Assembly (NCBI RefSeq): GCF_009914755.1
Contig: NC_060928.1
From: the human T2T-CHM13v2.0 reference genome, Homo sapiens
Reading direction: 5' to 3' (one strand)
DNA: 64,000 nucleotides
Position numbers and translations under genes: made by a program. The notes under the pieces are model-generated. The model was given only the letters and a program-made list of their open reading frames with translations. It was not told the origin of the DNA and ran no database searches. Positions 25,529 to 37,742 of this stretch are shown here, in pieces (the first letter of the stretch is position 1; every line of letters starts with the position of its first letter).

Positions 25529-25789
25529 TGCTGTGAAGGCATTCTAGAGCCACCAAATGTAACCTTACTCAGCTAAGAATCAAGCTTATGTTCTAAAGCC
25601 TTTTGATTCATTTGGCAGAATATCAGTTGGACTGAATGGGAAATTACTGCATCAATTGGAAGCTTCCAGACTCTCACCATTAGTGTTCCCATTATTCATT
25701 CACTGTGTATGATAATCCTAGATCAATATCCAAATCTATGGGAGCTGGTTCTAAGAAACGCTCTCAGAGTAAATCTATTCATTTATTGA

Positions 25790-25895
25790 TGTAACCAATT
25801 ATTCAGCATGTATTCATTAATGATTATTTATATGGCACTATATTATATAGACTGTATACAAAAGAAATGCTCTAGTCTCACAGAGCTTATGTTAT
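25790..25895 (-). mobile_element. L2 3' fragment
   Basis: attcagcatgtattcattaatgatt..tatatggcacta...tagtctcacagagctta. Confidence 0.4.
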
Positions 25896-26293
25896 ATTAA
25901 ATGCTAGTATACCTTATAATAAGGATTTTTAGGGCCAGATATCAGAAGTCTTGGAATCATCAGGGCAGGGACCCCATTCCAAACATTACTGCCAAAGAGA
26001 AGAGAACCGCAGGCTTGACAAGGCTTGGTGGAAGGCATAGTGGCTGAAATTCACCAACAATCAAAATTGAACAATATTTCTGAAAACATATGTTCTCTGA
26101 CATGACAGTGGTATGTTTATTAGGAATAATTATACCCAGGAAAAGTAATTGGAATATCATTAAATCTAGAATGATTATGTTGAGTCAAAAGAAAATAATT
26201 GGTTGTTTGAGAATTTCTGCTTTGATTTGGAGAGTAGAAACCCATAAATATACAGTATTATATTAGTTGGTTCTTTGCAAGAATCCTATGCCT

Positions 26294-26437
26294 GGATAGC
26301 ATTAGGAGATATACGTAATGCTAAATGATGAGTTAATGGGTGCAGCACACCAGCAAGGCACATGTATACATATGTAACTAACCTGCACATTGTGCACATG
26401 TACCCTAAAACTTAAAGTATAATAATAATAAAAAAAA
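26294..26437 (+). mobile_element. L1PA3-like 3' UTR stub, heavily 5'-truncated
   Basis: ggatagcattaggagatata..taatgctaaatga.gagttaatgggtgcagcacaccagc...gtaactaacctgcacattgtgcacatgtaccctaaaacttaaagtataataataataaaa. Confidence 0.93.
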
Positions 26438-26513
26438 GACAGTGACATGGGAAAATGTAAAGACTTTTAACAGCAAACCTATAAAATAGGTCTCTGGCCC
26501 CTAAAAAAAAAAA
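26438..26513 (+). other. L1 3' transduced segment (65 bp) plus second poly(A)
   Basis: Non-L1 sequence gacagtgac...ggcccct (26438-26502) between the L1 A-tail and A13; whole unit bounded by TSD aagaatcctatgcct at 26279-26293 and 26514-26528. Confidence 0.85.
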
Positions 26514-26884
26514 AAGAATCCTATGCCTTTTGTTTGGCCCCTTTGTTTTTGCTTTCTCCAGCCATTTTTTCCAAGCATTCTTTTATCATTTTCTTAGACT
26601 CTGATGCCTAGAATATCCAGTACCAGAGATAAAGTTCTGGTTAATACATTCACAATAAGATGTAAAGGGATTGGTTAAACTACATTTAAAGGTGAATGTG
26701 AATTTTAAGAAATAAATGGAGAAAGATAATACATAACATAAAAGAATATCCCATTAATAGTAGACTCTCAGGAATCCAAGGAATAGCTGTTTAAGGGAGG
26801 AAAAAAATATATATAGGAGTTCCTAATTTGTTTATTAATAAGGACATCTCATTGTTAATTGTTTCCTTAATTCATGCCACAAAC

Positions 26885-27927
26885 TTTTTTTAACTTCTAA
26901 ATTCAGGGGTACAAGTGCAGGTTTGTTACACAGGTAAACTTTTGTCATGGGGATTTTTTGTACAGATTATTTCATTACCCAGGTATTAAGCCTAGGACCC
27001 ATTAGTTATTTTTCCTGATCCTCTCCCTTTGCCCACCCCTCACCCTCTGAAATACCCTAGTGTGTGTTGTTCCCCTCTCTGTGTCCTTGTGTTCTCATCA
27101 TTTAGCTTCCACTTATAAGTGAAAACATGCAGCATTTGGTTTTCTGTTCCTATGTTAGTTTGCTAAGGATAATGGTCTCAAGTTCCATCCATGTCCCTGC
27201 AAAGGACATGATCTCATTCTTTTTTATGGCTTCATAGTACTCCACAGTGTATATGTGCCACATTTTCTTTATCTAGTCTACATTGATGAGCATTTGGGTT
27301 GATTCCATGTCTTTGTTATTCTGAATAGTGCTGCAATGAACATACACATGGATGTGTCTTTATAGTAGAAATATTTATATTCCTTTGGGTACATAACGAG
27401 TGATGTGATTGCTGGTTCCAATGGTATTTCATTGGTCTTTGAGGAATTGCCACACTGTCTTCCACAATGGCTGGACTAATTTACACTCCCACCAACAATA
27501 TATAATGTTCTTTTTTCTCTACAACCTTGTCAGCATCTGTTATTTTTTGACTTCTTCATAATGGCCATTGTCACTCGTGTTAGACAGTATCTTACTGAGG
27601 TTTTGATTTGCATTTCTCTAATTATCAGTGATATTGAGCTTTTTTCATATGATTGTTGGCTGCATGTATGTCTTCTTTTGAAAAGTGTCGGTTCATGTCC
27701 TTTGCCCACTTTTTAAGGGAGTTGTTTTTTTCTTGTAAATTTGTTTAAGTTCTGTATAGATGCTGGATATTAGACCTTTGTCAGATGTATAGTTTGCAAA
27801 AATTTTCTCCCATTCTGTAGGTTGTCTGTTCACTCAATTAATAGTTTCTTCTGCTGTGCAGAAGTTCTTTAGTTTAATTAGATTCCATTTGTCAATTTTT
27901 GCTTTTTTTTGCAGTTATTTCTGGCAT
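26885..27927 (-). mobile_element. L1PA13-15-like 3' portion (3' UTR plus end of ORF2)
   Basis: ttcaggggtacaagtgcaggtttgttac..aggtaaact...acagattatttcattacccaggtattaagcctag...ttccacaatggct..actaatttacactcccaccaac...ctgtgcagaagttctttagtttaattaga. Confidence 0.92.
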
Positions 27928-28076
27928 GGCACCACGCCTGGCTAATTTTGTATTTTTAGTAGAGTCGGGGTTTCTCCATGTTGGTCAGGCTGGTCTCGGA
28001 CTCCTGACCTCAGGTGATCCACTTGCCTCGGCCTCCCAAAATGCTAGGATTACAGGTGTGAGCCACCATGCCCGGC
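27923..28076 (-). mobile_element. AluS (Sp-like) fragment: left arm, linker and start of right arm
   Basis: caccacgcctggctaattttgtatttttagtagag..ggggtttctccatgttggtcaggctggtctc...ctcaggtgatcc...gagccaccatgcccggc; no tail. Confidence 0.92.
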
Positions 28077-28293
28077 GACCTGATTGTTTTATAAAGAGGA
28101 GTTCCCCTGCACAAGCTCTCTCTCTTAGCCTGCTGCCATCCACCTAAGATGTAACTTTCTCCTCCTTGCCTTCCGCCATGATTGTGAAGCCTCCCCAGCC
28201 ATGTGGAACTGTAAGTCCACTAAGCCTCTTTCTTTTGTAAATTGCCCAGTCTCCGGTACGTCTTTATCAGCAGGGTGAAAATGAACTAATACA
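28077..28293 (+). mobile_element. THE1 (A/B-like) LTR, 3' part only
   Basis: gttttataaagaggagttcccctgcacaagctctc...cttccgccatgattgtgaagcctccccagccatgtggaactgtaagtcc...tttatcagcag.gtgaaaatgaactaataca. Confidence 0.92.
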
Positions 28294-29164
28294 GTATGGG
28301 TCTAAAAATTGTCCACCTGTCATTTGTTTATTCATTTAGAATCTAAACCTAACCTTGATAGGGTGGTTTCAATGCAATCTTCTTGAAATAAATCACAGAA
28401 ACTGTAGATCGCTGAGACCCAAGTAGCTAGAAACTTACCATCTTTTAGAGTTTTAGGATGAGGGGAAGTGAATCATATTACATAATATGTAATATGACTT
28501 ACATTCTCCCAATTATAGGTATAACTCTTCCTCCTGGGAAGTAATTTAGAATCTAGAACTGGGAGAAGAGGAACACAAAGTTCTCTTTGTCTGCCTTTTA
28601 CCAATTCATTCCACCTTAGGGTTGACTCACAGGATTCTTGTAATCTAGCAGATATGAGCTCAGCAGGCACATTGCCAGAGAAAGAAGTACTAAGTAGATA
28701 GTTTTCTTATTTATTGTTGGAAGGACAAGAATTGATTTTTCTATGCCAAGTATTGGAAGTGATGTTGGTAATGTGCACCTTCTCTGCCATCCTCCCCTTG
28801 CAATAATCCCGATTTGTTCAAATAGTCAGGAAAATAAAGCTGTAATTTAGATCTAGAAGTTTAGAGAATGCCAGACAATTGTAATCTACCAAAATATCTG
28901 TTACTTCCAGATAAAAGCCTTTTTCTTTTGAGAAATGAATGAAATAATTTGGGATCCTGTGTCTTTATTACAATGATTATAATATATTTGAAAAAGATCT
29001 TGAGACTAAGACAATTTTGTCAAGAACAAGGAATAGAAATAAGGCACCAGAATTGGTACTTAGAGCTATAAGAATCTTTTTTTAGGTTTTTGAAAACGAA
29101 AACTTTTTTTAATGCTTACAGACATTTATCAGCTTGAGTTATAACCATTTTGTTTATAATTAGT

Positions 29165-29366
29165 AAGAACTAACATCGATGCAGTATTTACTTTGTGTCA
29201 AGAAACATTAGCTTCATTTAATCCTCATAACAACTCTATGAAGCAATTATTATTTTCACTACCTCTAATTTTTGAAATGAAGAAATAGAGAGAGTTTAAA
29301 TAACCTGTCAAAGTTCATAGAGTTAAAACATGCTGAAGGTAGGATAAAAATCTCTATCAGATACCG
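29165..29366 (-). mobile_element. MIR
   Basis: tcatttaatcctcataacaactctatgaag...aaatgaagaaatagagagagtttaaataacctgtcaaagttcatagag. Confidence 0.7.
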
Positions 29367-31971
29367 ACACCTCCCACAACTTTCTACCAACCTGCCTCCT
29401 ACCAATCTGCCTTCCAGGGGTTGATATACAATTTTTAACATCATATTACATGTTTATTTATTCTATATTTATGTTGGCATTTGCAAATAAGAAAAATTTC
29501 TGCTAATTGGTATTACTGTTAGGATAATAGGGGTTATGGTGAGATACTCACAACATAATTATAAATAAGATTGCCCTAAGGGAGTTCAATTTATCAAATC
29601 CAAATTAAACGACTACATCAGCCATCTGCATTAGAAAATCAAGATATTGTTCATAAAAGTGTAAGTTAATGTTAAGGAAACAAGAGATCTGAGAATCATT
29701 TTAGAAACAATACTGTTTGTGTGTCTAATCTACTACATAGAGATGTAATTGGTTTATCCTATTTGAAGAAAAATTGTGGGAAGAGAGTACGGGTGCTGAG
29801 CCATGGAAGCATAAGGAAAGGAAAGACTCAGAAACACAAGTTGGTAGAGCATCCACTCGCTGCCCCGGGTGGACTGAATCTCTGCTAAGCTGCCTCAAGT
29901 GGGAAGGTTTCTTTGGGTAGTGTATCGGTCTTGTATGTGAAAACAACTCAAGCTACCTTAGCTAAAAGTCGCTTAGGATAAACCAACTTGTTCTGATACC
30001 AAGTTCACTGTTGTGGTTGGCCATTTTAAGTATTCTGGTCAGCTTGATGCCTGCAAATTAATGAACTGAGGTTCTGTTTCACACACCAACCACTATATGC
30101 TAGTTCATATAGGTCTATTTCTACAAATTAGATGTTCTCTCTTATTCTGCAGATCACACCCTGTGTATGGTAAGTCCACTGGGGCAAAGGCCACATTACA
30201 CCTCTTTCATCTGATTTTTCACAGTTTTTAAGGACTTCTACAATTTGTAAGTGTCTTGATAGCTATGCTATGGTACAAAGAAACCATTTGGTAGAAGTTG
30301 CTTGCTAACACATTTTGGTCACTTAAGCCTGACCTAAGTCACCTATTCATTTGTTCTAAAACTTTTTCTCTTAACATCCTCTAATCTTACCTACCTGGGG
30401 TAGATAGTAATTAGGAAAAAAAATTATATACAATTTTGATTCATATATATTTCTAACTAGGATGCATGTACAGAGCAATGCAGAACTGAATTCAGTGAAT
30501 TTGTGATTTTTCAAACTCACTTTATAATCCTATTAGTATTAATTATTATAACTCTTTAATATAGCATGGAGAAAATAAGTTTTGTAATCACTATCTTTGG
30601 GTGATATGAAAACTCTAGGTATTGGGAGAAGCAGGACTCTGCTGATACTACTTGTGCTTCTCCACGCTGGCATTTACCTTTCTTGTAAACACTAGCAATC
30701 TCTGTAGAGGAAGCTAAGCCAAGGCTATGCACATTGAAACCTAAAAGATGGAGACTGGTAGCAGAGCTCTTCTTTGAGCACTGCTCCGTGTATTGTAACT
30801 TTACTCTTCTGGTATGTGGTTGTCTCCTGCTGGCCTCCGCCATCCTCCCTTTCTCCATCCACTCTCCTCTCCCATATGAACTGCAGATGGAGAAGGCATG
30901 GCTGACTGATGCTCTGCTGTCATTAGTTCGTGTATGCCAGATTCAAAGGGACCTTTAGTTTTACCCTGCTAACAATATGCTTAATTTAAACACTACTGTG
31001 ACTGGTTGTAGCCTACTGCTTCATATCCCATTCCCCATAACCCTATTCTCTATTTGTTGCTCACTGTTCAGTCAGGCAATTCAACATAAGTGTGTGTTCC
31101 TACAGCTGCCTAATATGTTTTGCTATTCCACAGTAAATTAGCCGCAACTATCCATTGGTAGCTATTGACTTTTACTGAAGTGAAAAATAATGCATGCATA
31201 TCTACATGCAAAAATGTATCCTCGTGAAACCTCTGAGGGAAATAAAAAGAGGAAGAGACACGAAAGTAGTTCCAGAAGTGGCACTTGCTAAAGAAGCAGA
31301 AGTGTCAGCTCTGCAAAAAAAAAAAAAAATACGTGGGTAGAAAGAAGATGGCTTATTTCAGGATTCTTAAAGCCATGGAATCCTCAATTAGTTTGGCGAC
31401 GTGCTGATCAGTAAAGAAAATGACTAGAAATGCTCTTGAGTTGGACTAAAATAGATTGCCTGAGAGAATCTGGAAGTCAAGAATTTTCCTGCTAGGTAAC
31501 ACATTACAATGTCCCCTATACTTTCTTTGTCTGGTTTGTTAGAATCATTTGTAATCAGTAGTTCTGTTTTTTTTTTTAAGATGTCATTTGGCAAGTTACA
31601 AGTATCAGTCAAACCAAAGGCACATAGAAAAATGTTTATCAAAAGAAAAATCATTTTTGCATTTTCCTATTGGACATCAAAATACAATTACTAGAACACA
31701 TTGAAGAACACTTGTATCAGGAAATATGTCCACCTTTTAAAAAATGTAGGTATGTTATTTGATGTTTCATTGCATTGGCTTTTATTTTCATGTTTTTGTC
31801 ACTATGCCTGACTTGTCTTGCATGTTTTGAGAAACCAGGTGACAACCAAACAATAAAGAAGTGAAAAAGTTTGAAAGATAATCTAGACATATTTTAACTC
31901 TCGAGTGATTCTTTAAAAGCAAAAACAAAGAAAAACAAAGAAATGCTAGGCTTATATAAGTTTTAAATGTC

Positions 31972-32299
<328 letters not shown>

Positions 32300-33044
32300 T
32301 TAATATCCTAAACTAGCAGGTTTTATTATTTCATTGTGCATATGAAAAAACTAGACAAGAAAATAGAGTGGCTTGGCCACTGCCAATAAGGCTAACTCTG
32401 TTTATGAGCAGATACAACCCCAAAGAAAAAAAACAAATTCCTTACAATATACTAAGTCTTTTGTCTCCTTTTCTTTTCTTTGGATATAGAAAACCTGCAA
32501 TTCTGGCAGCTGATCATAAAAGTGAAGGAGATAAGTTAATATAAAATGTTTTCTCAGTAAATAGAACTGTGTGCTCACATCGCTAAAGATGAGGCTTTTC
32601 ACAAAGAATGAAAGGTCTAAGTCTCTTAATGCCATCCGGAGGTTCAGATTAATTACCCTTTCAGTTAAGGTCACTGACAGTGTAAAGAATTTTCAGACCC
32701 CCTAGAGCCAAGTGTTATCTTTCTCATACAGCAGCCATGGATGCTTAAGTAAATCAATACATGGCAATTAGCAGGTAATAGGCATGATTTTTAAGTAGAA
32801 ATAAGATATGATGATCTTGCTATAGTACACATATGGCTAGCCATGAGTGAACAACTGCTGCTATCTTGCTGTTGTAATAAAATATCCATTTCAATATAGA
32901 GAGCAAAAGGGCCATCAGAAATGAAAGAAATCAGTATATAAAATATTCAAATTTTTTGTTTTTAAAAAATTATTTAAGGGAGATTTTATATATTCTTGGA
33001 ACAACAAGCTTCTAGATAGGAGTGATTTTATAATGTTGTATTTT

Positions 33045-33350
33045 GTATAATAGGCTTTTTTAAGAGAAGTTTTAAGTTTACAGAAAATACAGTTCCCATA
33101 TACCCTCCTCCCTACCTACACGTACACAGTTTCCCTATTATTAACATCCTGCATGAGTGTAGTACACTTGATACATTTGATGAATTACTACTGATACATT
33201 ATTGTTAACTAAAGTCCGTAGTTTCCATTAAGGTTCACTCTGTGTTGTATAGTTCTATGGGTTCTCACAAATACATAATGCCATGAATCTGCCATTACAC
33301 TGTCATACAGAATATGTTCACTACCCTAAAAATCCCTTGTGCTTCACCTT
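33045..33350 (-). mobile_element. L1MC (1-3-like) 3' end
   Basis: agttttaagtttacagaaaa..cagttcccatataccc...ttccctattattaacatc...actgatacattattgttaactaaagtcc..agttt.cattaaggttcactct...ttcactaccctaaaaatcc. Confidence 0.85.
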
Positions 33351-33739
33351 GTACCTCTAGATAAGAGTGATTCTATAATATTGCATTTTTATGTGTAAAA
33401 CTCTAATGTGATTGTAGTTTGAGCATAAAATTCTATTTTATGGGTATTTCAAGATTGATTTAGGAGCTAGAATAGCATGATTCTTCTTAGAACACCTTTA
33501 GTATTCTTTCATTGTACATTATTTCTATTAATTTTTGTGGGTACCACTGTAATAAAGTAAGAATTTAAAGCCTTGTTTTTAACTCAAAAAATTTGCATTT
33601 TAATTTAAATTGATAAATGAGTGAAAAGTTAAATAATACACAGCATTAGATGACAGGCTAGCAGGCAGTAGGATTAAGTGCTGAATGAGTGACACCAATA
33701 AAATTGGGGAGGTGTTCAGTGGAGTGATCATACACAAGG

Positions 33740-33890
33740 GCAGAGGTTAAGACAGAAGCTAAGTGGATTAGGAGGGGCTTGAGAGGAGTGTGATATGGAT
33801 AGGCTGAGAGAAGGGAGAGCATTCGGGCAGGTGAAAGGGCTGGCCAAAAGCTCTAGAAAGAGGAATGTCTATGCTGTGTCTCTATGCTGC
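33740..33890 (-). mobile_element. L2 fragment
   Basis: ggataggctgagagaagggagagcattcgggcaggtgaaagggctggccaaaagctctagaaag. Confidence 0.5.
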
Positions 33891-34753
33891 TCTTGGAGCA
33901 CAGGCAGTTTGTGAGGCTATGTTTGGTCCCATTTGCTAAAAGCCTTTGCCCACATTCCTCACTGGGAACATGCTAATTTCCTGGTGGCACTGCAGGTAAG
34001 CAAGACTCACGTGCTCTGTTCCCAAGATTCGCAGTCTTTGCCTTCTCAGCTCTCCTTACCTCAGCCCTGGAAAATGTCTTCCTAGTTTAGACACAATCTT
34101 TTCACTTCATATTACTCTGCTTAGGGATTCCAATATAGACTTATGTTTTCCGGGGGCAAAATTGACAAAAAGGGAAGTAAATATCATTTTTTTGGTTTTG
34201 TTTTCTAGTCTGTTTCAAATGCCTTTTAAGGCAAAGAAATGCAGGGGTCTCCATGTTTTGTGTGGATGAGAGCAGAGGGAAGAAATGGGTAATACAGGAA
34301 GAAAATGAAAACAACTTAGATTAAAATCTCAAAAATATCATTTTATCACAGAAATGACTGGACTAAAATATCCCAAGCTTGTCTCAAAATTAATTTTGGA
34401 ACCAAAGATGTCTGATGTTACCAAGATAACATCTTGTCACAGTCTTTTAGGGAAGTAAAGAGCAATTTCTAATGACAGGGGATGAAAGACTGAAGAATGA
34501 ATGAATTATATTTGCTGTTACTAATGATTTGCCTTTATTAGTAACCTTCAACCATGAGGTAGCAGAAGAGGCAATAGGGCAGGTTTAATAAAGAGGTCCC
34601 AGCACTGGCAAGGGGGTTCAGTGCAATTCACCCAGTAAGACTTGCTAAGGAGACAAACTGGACTTTAGAGGGAAGTCTGGAGCAATTAGAACAAGAAAGT
34701 AAGTCTTTTAAGTCATAGAAGGAAATTACATCAGAGTAAAAATAAGTATCCTA

Positions 34754-35170
<417 letters not shown>

Positions 35171-35525
35171 TTATGCTTTGCCCCTTTATAAAAATATACT
35201 CTACCTAACTGAGTGAGGAAAAGACTGCTCTGGAGGCTGGCATTCATCATGCTGGGACCGAGAGCTTGGATGTGTTAGGGGTGAAGCTGGGGTGAAGTAG
35301 CAGAGATTAGGGAGAGACTACTACACTTGCACTATGTTATTCTGAATCAGAGAGGAAACACTCGGAGTTATTTAATGGTTTCATTTACACTAAAACACGT
35401 AGTCTTCAGTATCTAGAATATTGCCTGAAACACAGTGGCTGTGTAGTAAGTGGTAATTAAACCCAAGAAATTATGTGGGTATAGCTAATGTAGGAGTCAC
35501 AACTCATTAATAGCTCTTTTTTTCA

Positions 35526-35958
35526 AATGGACTAAAACAACATACATTTACTATTTTACAGTTTCTGAGGGTCAGGATTCCAGGCATGGCTTAGCCTGGA
35601 CTCATTCAATGACCAACAAGGTATCTTCAGGCTGCATTCCTTTCCTAGGTTCAGAGTTCTCTTTCAGGCTCACATGGCTGTTGGTAGAATTCAGCTCCTT
35701 GCAGTTGTAGGACTGAGGTCCCCATTTCCATGCTGTCATCAGTAAGGGACCCTACTTGCCTCCCAGAGGCTCCTGCAGGCACTGTCACAAGAGGGTAGCT
35801 TATTTTCTGGAGGTCTTTAGGAGGGTCTAATTGAAGGCTTTCATCTGATTAAGTCAAGCCCACCCAGGATAATCTCCTTACTTTTTGATGAACTCAAAAT
35901 CAACTGATTTAGGAGCTTACTTACATCTGAAAGGATCCTTCACCTTTGCCATATTCTT
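35526..35958 (-). mobile_element. MLT1E/F-type MaLR LTR (partial)
   Basis: taaaacaaca.acattta...acagtttctgagggtcagga.tccaggcatggcttagc...gttggtagaattcagctccttgcagttgtaggactgagg...gcccacccaggataatctcc...aaatcaactgatttagg. Confidence 0.85.
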
Positions 35959-37384
35959 GTCATGACATTTTAAAATTCAGCCTGGACCAAGGAAAACCCA
36001 ATTGTCCAAAGTTCTCTTGTGTTAGCTTGTGGAGAACATTGCAATATTATTATCATTCCTAAATTTCTTTGTATCTAAATTGAAATATCACAGACATAAA
36101 ACATTTGTGAATTTTAACCACATGATCAGGTATCATAGAATCATTAATTCATAGAACGTTAGAGAATAAATATAAAAACATTAGTCCTATTTCATTCACC
36201 TACAACTTGTTCTCTGTTAGAGAATGTACAAATAATTCATTTTCAGAAACGTAAGCATTCAGTATTAAATGGAAATATTTACAAAATGTTAGACTAGAGA
36301 TTAATTGGGATTTACTGACATTATCATAGAAACTCAAAATTCGGTCAAACAAAAATTTTAGTCATATCCCAAACGCTTTTATCAGATTTTCACAGAGTAT
36401 GGTGAATATCATCATTCACGCCATAGACACTGCCATTTTTCAACAAATACTACTTGAATGAACATTTTGATCTGTGAAAATGCAAGGTTAGCTCTTTCCT
36501 TGGTTTTATTTTCATTTTTTCAAAGTATTTATATATTATGTAGAATACATTTTCTGGAAATACTTTTAAACAATTCTTGAGGTAGGGTACTTTGTTTTCC
36601 TGTGGGATGAAGGAGGTGATTTATAGTAGTTATAAGTCTGTCCCTTTAAATTTTTATATTCTCAACCTGCAAAGAATGAAATCTCAGCAAATAAAAGTAT
36701 GTCAGTGGGAAAACTCACAGTGATTGTTCTCTGCTGGAAGGATTAAGTAAATGTAGAGTTTCAAGCAGGCTTAGGCAGTGAACTGTAAAAGACTAAGGGA
36801 ATGTGAAGGTAAAAATCTATCTTCCCTCACCAACTGATCATGTTGCCAGTACCATACTCTGGAAGTAGCAATGAGGTTACCTTTCCTTTCCTTTTCTCTG
36901 CCTCTCCAGCAGCTGAGAGTTGAACCCTCAGTACCAACACCTGCTGACAAATCAGGGCACTGCTTATGGTTAGTAACAGGATAAGGCATGTAACCTAAGA
37001 GTCTGGCCACTGCCTTTTAGCTCTTTCAAAACGAGGTTCCTTATGACTTGCAATACTTGCCTTCCAAGTTTCTTATTGAGGGTCTAATGAAAGAATATTT
37101 ACAGAAGAGTTTTGTAAACACCATATAAATATTAGTATGTATGATATTCCCTCAGGAAGTACATATATATATATAAATACACACACTGTATATACACTGT
37201 AAGAATCTAAATTAGTTATTTCTTTTTATAGCAAAATCATTTTAAAAACTGTTGTCTAGTAATAATTCTGTGAACTTGTGTACTGCTTTTACTCTTGTGT
37301 ACTACTCTGATGTACTTTTTATAATAAAATAACATAAAAATTTGTCTCTACCACTCCAGAAACTGAACTAAGATTCTTAATAGG

Positions 37385-37742
37385 TTAATGCCTCATTCAT
37401 TTCTCAAAACAATCATGAGACATAGGTATTGTTATTTTAATTAACAAATGAGAAAACTAAATGCTAGGGGCTGTCATTGAATTTAAAAACAAAAATCTTC
37501 TTGATTCAGACATAAGAGGAGAAACACCAAATTAGGAACACACACCTTTGGATTTACGATAGTTAAAATCATAAGCTGGTGGCTGAGATATATATAATAA
37601 TTTAATTGATTGACAGACATTATTATTCTCATCGGTAGAATGAGGAAATTGAAGATGGGGGCGGTTGGTAATTTGACCAAGCTGAAGATGAGAACCAAGA
37701 CTTGAATTCAGATAGGCTTGAGCTAAAACTTGTGATATTTCC
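37385..37742 (-). mobile_element. Two MIR fragments (~37385-37470 and ~37610-37742)
   Basis: ctcattcatttctcaaaacaatcatgagacataggtattgtt...aacaaatgagaaaact; attattctcatc..tagaatgaggaaattgaag...taatttgaccaag...agaaccaagacttgaattcag. Confidence 0.65.

Noticed and set aside
31200-31335. A15 tract as the tail of a processed pseudogene
   Set aside because: No flanking TSD and no recognisable coding or RNA sequence upstream.
32373-32386. NFI-like palindrome TTGGC-N4-GCCAA
   Set aside because: The spacer is 4 nt; the canonical NFI site needs 5.
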